64,000 nt of DNA from Bugula neritina (lineage: Eukaryota; Animalia; Bryozoa): positions 13,298,633 to 13,362,632 of the forward strand of contig OZ037769.1 in assembly GCA_964035545.1 (NCBI GenBank). Direction: 5' to 3'. The notes beneath the pieces are model-generated. The model worked only from the letters and a program-made list of their open reading frames with translations. It did not search any database and was not told the origin of the DNA. Numbering within the stretch: position 1 is the first letter of the stretch; every line of letters begins with the position of its first letter. The position numbers were made by a program, and so were the translations under genes. Below are positions 9,101 to 18,932 of the stretch, one piece after another.

Positions 9101-10708
9101 GTGTTTGTTTTCATAGTGTATTGTATTTGTGTTTGCAGGTAAATCAATCGAAGACATCATCGTTTCGCAATCAAACACAGCAAAGTACGGATAATGTCGT
9201 CTATTTTCATCAACTGTGATGTGAACATCTTCAAGCTTTTCGAAAATAGATCGAGACGGAGTATACACCCCGTAGGGATACACAAGGTTTGTTTCACCAG
9301 CTGTACATACTGTGTTATGACTATTCAACGCTCTGACTGATTTCATTAGCTTGTTACAAAATGTACATTTGTATGACTTTGTGTAAAGAGAGATGTTTTT
9401 TATCCAACTGAAATGTGATTCCTCTAGATGTAAGTTTAGTTTGTGTTTGTAATTGGTAGTGGCTCTGTACATAAGCTTTGCATTAGCTTCTTTCCCTGTA
9501 TTGTATTCCAAGGTGTACACATTAATAGAACAGTTCAGTATTCGCTCGGCAAATCTGAGGTCTGATAAAGGCACTCCTGTAAAATCTTGATTCAGTTTGT
9601 TCATACCATTCAAGTACATTTCATAATAATGTTTCGTAGACTGTGTTAAAGTACTCTGCTGCCCCTTTGAGTAAGCTAGAGCTCTAAATAGACATAAGTT
9701 GTCTTCATACAGTCTTCCAGTTGTATCAGTGCTAGCTGTTATAATTGCTTTGTTTTGTTTTGTTCTCTCAGATGGAGATATAGGGCATCCGATATTGTGA
9801 TCTGGTATAGGAAATACATACAATGTAATATTTGTTATTTTGTGAACACTCCACGAAGTGTTTGGCCTGTTTTGAGTTGCTTTCTCTATGAAATCTTTTT
9901 CTGTCATTTCTTTCACAAGTTGATTGAAATCTTGTAAATTCTCTATTAGCTTTGGCGAGGCAAAAAGTTTATCAACACCCATGCTAGCATGAAAGTATCT
10001 CAACTTTTCCTCATTTTGATTCAAAAGGATAAAACCAATTGAAGCATTGCATTTGAATTTCAATGTTTGTTCATGAAATATTAATTTCACTTCTTTATTG
10101 TTTAAAGTTGAAATAATGTCATTGTCTTTTATCAATCGATTGTAGACACTACAATATTTCCCTTTTCTGTTGTACGTTCTTATAGCTGACCAGTTTTTTC
10201 TCAATAGAGCATTTGTTTCCTCTTCGTAAATGCCTTTGTACTGATAGCGTTCAATATCATCACTGAATGTGGTTTGAGGCTTTTTGTTTGACCTTCTCTC
10301 TGCTCCGTTTGAGTTTGTATTCTAAAATTTACCAAGATTACCATTGATTAGTTAGCTTTGAATTTGTTGTGATAGTATATGTAGTATGATCATATTCATA
10401 TCGTATCGTATCACTCAGTAGATAAATTACCGTGTTATGACATCGGTGATTTGTTTTCCACGGTGCATACAACCGTTTACATTGATCACATCTTTTTTTG
10501 TGGATACTTTGGTGCCTGCTCAAACTTTGCCTGTGGTTATAACTTTTTCCACATATGTGGCACTTGAATTTCTCTAAAACAATTGAAGTATAAATTATTC
10601 TTTTAACCACCTTGATAGAGATGCAAGGATCAAAGAAAATTACTTCAAATAGAGATATTGTTTAATAATATGTAAATAGATACACTCATAAATGTATATA
10701 CTTGACAT
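6171..10708 (-). CDS. Protein-primed DNA polymerase B, spliced (~1383 aa): exons 10708-10702 (tentative), 10573-10431, 10321-7141, 6991-6171
   Basis: Exo I FDCET, Exo II FNGAVYD, motif A YDATSLY, motif B KLIG|NSAYG restored across a GT-AG intron 7140-6992, motif C MDTDS and KCY; N-terminal C2H2 finger exon joins in phase 0 via GT-AG intron 10430-10322; OTU-like DNLCLFRAL..SHF. Confidence 0.9.
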
Positions 10709-10784
10709 ATAGTGGCATTATCAGATAGAATTGTCAGGTTTACTACACTCTTCATCAGAGCCAGAAGAACAGTGTTTTAAACTT

Positions 10785-12030
10785 TTTCATCGAGTATATA
10801 TTAAGATATATTGAAATAGATTGAAATAGATTGAAGTATATAGATACCCTATTGTATATTAACAACTCGCTTTTATACATTTTGTGTTTAATAGTGGCAG
10901 AGATAGTATTGAATTTCTTTTCATCGAGTATATATTGAGATAGATTGAAGTATATAGATATTGTATATTAACAACTCGCTTTTATACATTTTGTGTTTAA
11001 TAGTGGCAGAGATAGTATTGAATTTCTTTTCATCGAGTATATATTGAGATAGATTGAAGTATATAGATATTGTATATTAACAACTCGCTTTTATACATTT
11101 TGTGTTTAATAGTGGCAGAGATAGTATTGAATTTCTTTTCAACGAGTATATATTGAGATAGATTGTAATATATAGATGTTGTATATTAACAACTCGCTTT
11201 TATACATTTTGGGTTTAATAGTGGCAGAGATAGTATTGAATTTCTTTTCAACGAGTATATATTGAGATAGATTGAAGTATATAGATATTGTATATTAACA
11301 ACTCGCTTTTATACATTTTGTGTTTAATAGTGGCAGAGATAGTATTGAATTTCTTTTCATCGAGTATATATTGAGATAGATTGTAATATATAGATGTTGT
11401 ATATTAACAACTCGCTTGTATACATTTTGGGTTTAATAGTGGCAGAGATAGTATTGAATTCCTTTTCATCGAGTATATAGGTATTGAGATAGATTGAAGT
11501 ATATAGATATTGTATATTAACAACTCGCTTGTATACATTTTGGGTTTAATAGTGGCAGAGATAGTATTGAATTTCTTTTTATTGAGTATATATTGAGATA
11601 GATTGTAATATATAGATGTTGTATATTAACAACTCGCTTTTATACATTCAATAGTAGCAGTGCTAGTATTGAATTTCTTTTCATTGAGTATATATTGAGA
11701 TAGATTGTAATATATAGATGTTGTATATTAACAACTCGCTTTTATACATTCAATAGTCGCAGTGCTAGTATTGAATTTCTTTTCATTGAGTATATATTGA
11801 GATAGATTGTAATATATAGATGTTGTATATTAACAACTCGCTTTTATACATTTTGTGTTTAATAGTGGCAGAGATAGTATTGAATTTTTTTCATTGAGTA
11901 TATATTGAGATAGATTGTAATATATAGATGTTGTGTATTAACAACTCGCTTTTATACATTTTGTGTTTAATAGTGGCAGAGATAGTATTGAATTTCTTTT
12001 CACTGATTATATATTGAGATATATTGTAAC
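10785..12030. repeat. Tandem array, ~11 copies of a ~109-bp unit, upstream of pPolB
   Basis: AACAACTCGC recurs at 10861, 10970, 11079, 11188, 11297, 11406, ~11519, 11628, 11730, 11832, 11940; units near-identical; most carry TATAAAAG on the minus strand. Confidence 0.95.
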
Positions 12031-12139
12031 AATATTTTAAACAATAATACGCATAAAAGTATTCCATTCACCAACATAAAATATTTCCCCATCACCAAAA
12101 AATACAACATATTTATATTAGAGAGTCAGTGTCAGTCCG

Positions 12140-13452
12140 TCAGCCTAAAAATTTTATGATCGGCTCCGATCGTTTAAAATAATTATATTCATCCGGTGAT
12201 ATGTCGTCTAGTTTGATTTCGGTCACATTTAGTGACCAAAATAAGTCCTCGTTTACTTTTTTTATCACACCGCTTCTCAACACGCATGTTAATTTTCCCA
12301 CTTTTCCATACAGTTGTTGTACATTTAATAACACAGGTTGTCCATTGACTACAGCATTTACGCAAATTTCGTCTTCCATGTTTCTGACCACGTCAACATA
12401 ACATCCGAGCAATGATGCATTTTCACTTTTACCGTAAAACTTGACTTTTTTTTCAAAAATTTTAGCTAGCTTTGTTTTAAAAAGTTCTAGATTTTTAGAT
12501 TTTTTCACATATAAACATGGCCCACTGTTGGGAATTTTCGACTCGTATATTTTTAATTCACCTATAAATTCATCGGATTTAAAAAAGAATTTACGCGAAT
12601 GATTAAATGTAGGTATTATCTTGTCATTGTCAGTGTAATAGGATAATTGTGATTGATCATAATTAAGAGGGACTAGATAGCAACCTTCTTCATTTGCAGG
12701 TGTTTTGCTCTGATCGACAGCGGTAGCAGCAGTGGCAGCATCATCACTTGTAGTAACAGTTGTACCAGTAGAGGAACTAGCGGATGGAATAGACGATGTC
12801 ATAGAGGAAGGAGTGGTAGTAGCGCTAAAAAAGAGGGATCTATTACTATGTTTTATAATATGTAACTTATTCTACGTAATATAATTTATTACATGACAAA
12901 CGTCTGTTTATTTGTTTATAGTTTGTCAAGTGAATACAATTAATTGTGAGTCTTACAGATGATTGATGATTTACGATATTCTACTAACCTCACGCTGGTA
13001 GATACAGATGGCTCGCTAGTCGACTCATCCACCTTTGGAATTGATGCAGGTTTCTTACGCTTTGATTCACCAGACTTAGATTCACTAAAATAATATTATT
13101 GTAATGAATAAAATGCTACTTTTAGCTGATAAAAAAGGTTAGCATAATTATAGAAAGCTAACACTATAGTAAACTAAAATCATTCTCGTGTTAATAATAT
13201 TCTAACAGGTTAGTGGTTAGCATAGTTATAGAAAGCTAACACTATAGTAAACTAAAATCATTCTCATGTTAATAATATTCTAACAGGTTAGTGGTGAGAT
13301 ATCCAAAAGAAATATATTATTACTTACTTTTTTCTTTTAGAAGGCTTTAAGGCTTTGAGTGGTTCAACTGTACTGGAACTAGTACTCGTTTCTCCCACTT
13401 TTCTTCTGAGTTGTAGTAGTTCAGCTTCTAACTTCTTTACTAAATCTCCCAT
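12140..13452 (-). CDS. Three-exon Polinton gene (301 aa), probable OB-fold ssDNA-binding protein with NLS and Ser/Thr linker; exons 13452-13328, 13084-12989, 12824-12140
   Basis: ACCATGG start, phase-consistent GT-AG introns (GTAAGT, GTTAGT donors; TTTTAG acceptors), total 906 nt in frame with ORF 12140-12802; SSB call is inference from the beta-rich C-terminal domain and position next to pPolB. Confidence 0.7.
13137..13295. repeat. 78-bp direct tandem duplication in intron 1 of the putative SSB gene
   Basis: GGTTAGCATA(A/G)TTATAGAAAGCTAACACTATAG... starts at 13137 and 13215. Confidence 0.9.
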
Positions 13453-13503
13453 GGTGTTTGCTGTATGGTTTGAGATGCGATGAAACATAGAAGTTTTTCG
13501 AGG

Positions 13504-13513
13504 CTTTTATATA
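13504..13513 (-). promoter_or_regulatory. TATA box of the putative SSB gene
   Basis: TATATAAAAG on the minus strand ~55 nt upstream of the ACCATGG start. Confidence 0.6.
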
Positions 13514-14148
13514 CTGAGATTTTGTAATTTATTCCTACGTAAATGAAATTTATCTTAACTAAAAGTTTTCCTTTTTTTATTATAGGGAGTTGGGTGGTAA
13601 CATTTTAATTGTAATCTGCCGGTTTAAGGTTTACTCACGTAAGCAATATTATATCAGTTTACGTAGGTGATACGTGTTTTATCAGTTGCATATGTATTTA
13701 AACTTCAACTAGGACACTTCCCATCCGTAAATTAGAAATTGCCGTGTCATCCATCTTAGCTGAAAAATTTTCCGATTTTTAACTATAATGAGGAATTGAG
13801 TTGTTAAATTTTAAATACAATCCACCCATCTAGGGTTTAATTACTGGGCGATATTATATCAGTTTACGTAGGTTATACAAGATTTTATTATGTTTTACTT
13901 CCCATTGATTAAATTGGAAACCGCTGTGTCACCTCCTAATTTTTGCTAATATTAATTTTTACTTTGTCAAAGTTTCAGACATCATTAGCATAAGGTTAAT
14001 TATCTTTTTTCTGCTTTTTGAGTTTCAGAAAAATTGTGTCAAGTTATAAGTTTAAAAATGGAGTTGCAAATAGAGTTGGACCATAAGACATGTTTTTTGT
14101 TTCCATTTAACATTTTATTATAAACTATGAGTTGTATACAGAAAAACA

Positions 14149-14664
14149 TTACATTCCGTAATAATTATTTTCTAAAATGTGTTTAGTCAAAACTGTTAAC
14201 AGCTTAGATGGTGAAGACGCATCACTCTGAGACATATTACCATTCAAGAAAAAATATTGTATAGTTATAAAATCCCCGTGAACTTTAGTGTTGCAAACAG
14301 CTAGTTTTAAATTGTCAGTCATTTCGAAGTGTTTTGTGCAGTTATTGAACATTCTGTCTAAAGTATAATTAGTTGAAAACATCTTTCCAGAAAAGCTACC
14401 ATTACCGCTCATAACTATGTTGATTACATTCATTGATAAAAATAGTGCTACCAGGATAATAGCGATAGGTTTCTTTTTTAGTTCTGAAAAGCTCCAGTCA
14501 TTCTTTGCATTATCTCTCCTGGTCGAAACTTTATTAATGAGTGTATTCCGATTATGTACAACTTTTCTCGCCACATCTAACTCGTCTTCAGCCACATTTG
14601 CATCTTGTTCATTAAATATAGGATCTTTATTTTGCAAGGGAGAATTTTCTACTTCTGTCATCAT
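14149..14664 (-). CDS. Polinton accessory single-pass membrane protein
   Basis: 171 aa; KKKP then hydrophobic IAIILVALFLSMNVINIVM; NxS/T sequons (NGS, NYT, NCT, NMS) after the TM; TATAAAA at ~14726-14732 and AATAAA at ~14114-14119 on the minus strand. Confidence 0.7.
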   Translation of the reverse strand: MMTEVENSPLQNKDPIFNEQDANVAEDELDVARKVVHNRNTLINKVSTRRDNAKNDWSFSELKKKPIAIILVALFLSMNVINIVMSGNGSFSGKMFSTNYTLDRMFNNCTKHFEMTDNLKLAVCNTKVHGDFITIQYFFLNGNMSQSDASSPSKLLTVLTKHILENNYYGM

Positions 14665-14941
14665 TGATTAACCTTTGCGCTCAAAACATATAACGATGAA
14701 TGATGTAAATTTCAGAATGGTGATGTTTTATACCAAAAAACACACAAATTTTGACTCGCAAACTGTATAACTCTCAGCCCAGTGAGTAAATTTTGTTACT
14801 TATAAAGTTAGTGACAAGGATATACAGCTAAACTAATCATTGATCCACCTTCCAGTAATTGCTTAAAAGGTGTATTCACTGTAAGCTAAATTTAATAGCT
14901 ACCACCTGTCAACTTTAAGGCTTACAATGCTCACATAGTTA

Positions 14942-15044
14942 ACGAGATGCTAATTTCCATAGCCATAGAGTCTACGCTATGTTGACAAATTGGCCGATAC
15001 GAGATGCTTACTTCCATAGCCGTAGAGGCGCTTATTATACTACT
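14942..15044 (-). repeat. Outer part of the presumed terminal inverted repeat with two 29-bp subterminal direct repeats
   Basis: ACGAGATGCTAATTTCCATAGCCATAGAG (14942-14970) and ACGAGATGCTTACTTCCATAGCCGTAGAG (14999-15027); terminal ACTACT; partner TIR outside the window. Confidence 0.65.
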
Positions 15045-17685
15045 GACCTTCAAATGATCATCAGCAGAAACAAAGAAATACCTTTCATCTGACTGTCTTG
15101 AGGAGGTAGCCCAAGTGATGGTTGTGCCTTGCTATCTATCAACAGAAATTTATAGAACTATCCAAAATTAATTGACACAGACTTTATCATAAAAGCAATA
15201 AACTAAATAAACATATAAAAGAGTAAGTTAGCTGAAAAATACAGACTTCAAACTAAAACCACACTTTTTATTTTAACAATTGAAATAATCAGGAAAATAA
15301 GAAACAGGTAATTTGAGTTTTATGTGAACACTGTTATGAAGTAGCAAAGTGTTCAAGAAAACATAATATGTTGAGAATCAGACTCTGTAACCACATTCAC
15401 TAGTTATTAAAAGATACATGAAATTTAAGGATCAGACACCTAAAGACATGTTTATTTTATGCACCAATTCTTTTGCCGCACATTTTAGAGTGAACAAATG
15501 CAACAAGTTATAGAATAACTGCAAATATTCCACTAGTTGAAAATCTACTATAACAACTTAAAGAGGTTCTATATAAACATACTTCCACTAAAGATTTCAA
15601 ACTTATTAGAAATTTTCAGTTCAAAGTTTGTTACCTTTTTCAATCAACAAAAAATGTGTGAATTTTAAATCAATTGAAAAAGAGTTTAATAATTTTAAAC
15701 TGGGAGGGTTCTATTTTTTCAAAGTAGTAAAAAATCTTTTATTAAACATTTTGATTTTCATATTTGTTCAACTAAGCCATGTACATACTTTCATAATTTG
15801 AGATACTATTCACATAATAAGTACACAACTCGCTTAGATCTTCTATTTTTAGAATTATATATTATTATATATTATACTCAGTAGTGATAAATAGCGCATT
15901 CACTCCCAAAGCAAGGCACTATAAATCGAAAATAATGGAAAATTTTTTCAAAACCAGGAGAGAAAAAAACCTTCAGCATGCTGTAAATATATATATAAGC
16001 TGATAGACAAAAAGAAACTAATATGGGCGCATATATTGTTTATGCACTCATTTATGTGAAAACTGAGAATTGTGTACTTATAGTCATTGCAAAAGTTCTT
16101 TTTAGTTTTTTATAAGGAAATAATATACCTTTGTGCACCATGTACTCGTCAAAACCCAGGTCTTTATTAACTTTGTTATAAATAAGTTGCCTCAATTGCT
16201 GAGGAAGCATGGCTAACCTCTACAAAATATAGAGCAAACTATCCAATACACAACAGTATGAAAGCTATGAAGGAAACGTAATTTGTAAATACAGAAAACT
16301 AGCAAAGAAACACAGAGCACAAATAGAAACAACCTGATTTTCTTGAATTGTCTTCTCTTCCTTACAGAAGTATTATGTGGGAAATTTATACATTGTATTT
16401 TGTGTGGTTTAAGCACAAATGCAACAGTTACAAAAAAGCTTAAAACCTTGAACCTTACCGTGAAATATATGGTAGCGAGGTTACAGATCATCACATATAT
16501 TTATTGTTATTTACATACAAATGAGCTAAAACTCTTGCTAAACACAGCTTGAATCAACCCTAGTATCTGAAAATTGTTAAAAGAAAATTGAGCGTCGAAA
16601 AGCTGCAGAAGATGCAACATCTGCTGAGTGATTGAAGACTGGCACTTGGACTACAGCCGGAAGTGCTTCAAATCTTATAAATGGTCTACTAAAACTATAC
16701 CACATAATTTTTAAAATGCCAAGGCAGCCACAAAACTTGAAAGATGAAAAAAAACTACAGCAGAATATCTTTACTAAGTGTACATGGTAAAACTTTTGCT
16801 TAAGCTAAAATCCTTCTCAGTTGAATAACTATCAAAAAAATTTACTTTGAGTACCATGGTAATTTCGGTGTTGTCAACCAAACCAACATACTCTAAAATA
16901 CCAAAACCAAAAGACTTTTATAAAACTTGACAACGCTACCACACCTTTAGTTACCGGACCAATTGCGTCCAAATAATTGTCACTTCAGCGTCTGAACTGG
17001 AGTTCAAGTGTAGGAAAGCCCATGGTTCTTAGTGTACTGCGACATAATGCAAAGAATTGGGCCGCTTTTTGGTCTAAAAGTCAAATTCGTGTGCAGCTCA
17101 CATTAGGTGTAAACCTGAAAAAATAAAATGACCAACCAGTTTGAAGATTACTAGCCCAGGGCTGTCGTCATATATATTAAAGTTTTTCTGCCTACATCTG
17201 ACTTGAAATTTAAACACTTCATTTTTCCACTCTTGTTTTATGAAGTTCTCCAGAAAGGGATGCAAGCACACTGGTGATGAGAAAGGCATAGCTTTGGTTC
17301 AAAGATGCTATCAAATTTGATATAAAACTCAGAAAAAGATTTTCAACATTCAAGTTGAACCTACTATCTAAACTATTCTGGCCTACAGGCTGGAGACTAA
17401 AACTGGTCATTGTGATTGTGATTGCCATGGAACTATCAGAAATTTAGAAAGATTAGGATGTTGAAGTAAAGACACTATATAATTAAATCATAAATGTTGA
17501 ACAGCCTTGGGATTATCACTTGTGATTCAGATAGCTGAAAGATGCATGCCATCTACTCTAGTACTAGTAGTCACAGTCTCAGTAGAGATAGTACTACGTA
17601 TTATATTTATTAGTATTAGTATAAGTATTACTAATTTAGTTATGAATAATAATTAAAACTAGCAGTAGTACTGCTATTTGTCTGC

Positions 17686-17723
<38 letters not shown>

Positions 17724-17736
17724 CAGTAGTAGTACT

Positions 17737-17774
<38 letters not shown>

Positions 17775-17790
17775 CTAGTAGTAGTAGTAG
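17686..17790. repeat. (AGT)n microsatellite
   Basis: Interrupted AGT trinucleotide run. Confidence 0.95.
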
Positions 17791-18779
17791 CAGACAAATA
17801 CTAGTACTAGTGAGAATTATTTATATAATTATAATTTTCATTTTAAGCTTGTCGTTGGCTAAAAGTTAAAGTAAATCACTAAAACCGTAAAACTAAAACT
17901 AGAAGTAAAAGTAAATCACTAAATGTTAAGCCTTACCGACCAAAACTAAAATTAATAATTATCAGTAATATTATAATTTTTATGAGGCATGTGATGGACC
18001 TGGTGTGCAAAACCAAAATGATAAATTCTTATTAATAATTAGTATTATTTCATTAGACTTAGTGATTTACTTTCAAACTGATAAATGATTATGAAAATTG
18101 GTAGAGGTATGAGGCACGTGGGGTTTGGATATGATCAACTTGGTGTTTTGGTGTTCAGCTGCGGCTAAAGCCGCGCCCACATTAGTTACTTATAAAAATT
18201 ACTATAAGAAGATAACTCCTCAAACATTAATAGATTAGTTTTATCCTCATTTTCAAATTTTTCTGCAGGAAGAATGAAATAAAATAATAATCGAACATTG
18301 ACCAGGAAAGTTATGCATTCTAGTCTACATTTAAATGCATAGAACATAGCATTTGCGAATATGCTGCACATCTAACAAAGGAACGCAAGTGTGGAAAAAG
18401 TCAATTGTATTAATTAATAGCATATGTAACAATAAAGTCTGCAGTTTTTTTTATATAAAATTATACGAAATGTAAAATGATATATATAGAACTAATAGGT
18501 ATTTATGGGCCCCAAATTGCCCATATGCATTTGTTGTAGCAGTGGATTAAATGCAAATAGATGTTATTACCAAGGTTTACATTAGATAGTGAAAACATTA
18601 AACCTTCAAATACTTTCTTCTACAATAACGTGCATGCTTACAATTTTTCATATGACTGAAGCGCAATGAGGCCGAAAATGTCAGTCTGAGAGATGGATTT
18701 ACAAAAAAGTCAATCATAAATCTCTGAAGACTTCAAGAAGCCAAGTCAGCATCAGAATAATTTAACTAGAATAAGTTCA

Positions 18780-18932
18780 TTAGTCTTTTTTCTCTCGAGA
18801 TCGAAGAAGTTGTTCTATTTCTGCCTTCACTTGGTTAGATTTTCGCCTTTTCATTTCAGGATATGATATCGCTGCCATCCCAGCAAATAACACAAAACCG
18901 GATATAATAGCTATTGTTTTTGGGCGCAACAT
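18780..18932 (-). CDS. Candidate 50-aa single-TM microprotein
   Basis: MLRPKTIAIISGFVLFAGMAAISYPEMKRRKSNQVKAEIEQLLRSREKKD*; preceded by an acceptor (TTCCAG, 18981) and a donor (AAG|GTGAAG, 19148), suggesting a 5'UTR intron. Confidence 0.5.
   Translation of the reverse strand: MLRPKTIAIISGFVLFAGMAAISYPEMKRRKSNQVKAEIEQLLRSREKKD

Larger units (their letters stand above)
1..15044 (-). mobile_element. Polinton/Maverick (adintovirus-like) endogenous virus; other end lies left of the window
   Basis: Co-oriented pPolB, retroviral-type integrase, A32/FtsK ATPase, major and minor jelly-roll capsid proteins and adenain-like protease; ends ...TTATTATACTACT at 15044 (5'-AGTAGT on minus strand, a typical Polinton terminus). 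Confidence 0.95.

Noticed and set aside
6171-10204. pPolB as a broken pseudogene in two ORFs
   Set aside because: A canonical GT-AG intron joins the ORFs in frame and exactly rebuilds motif B
10785-12030. CRISPR-like array or repeat-coded protein
   Set aside because: Head-to-tail near-identical units, no unique spacers, no cas genes, eukaryotic context; 109-bp unit with stops
7116-14095. Additional p53-like decamers (AAACATGTCA at 7116, AGACATGTTT at 14086)
   Set aside because: Isolated half-sites are expected by chance; a similar one occurs in the host flank near 15444
16213-17428. Short ORFs and an acceptor-like TTTTCAG near 17115 (minus strand)
   Set aside because: All three frames close soon after the acceptor; no recognisable protein
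17678-17869. Poly-Ser ORF
   Set aside because: Translation of the AGT microsatellite
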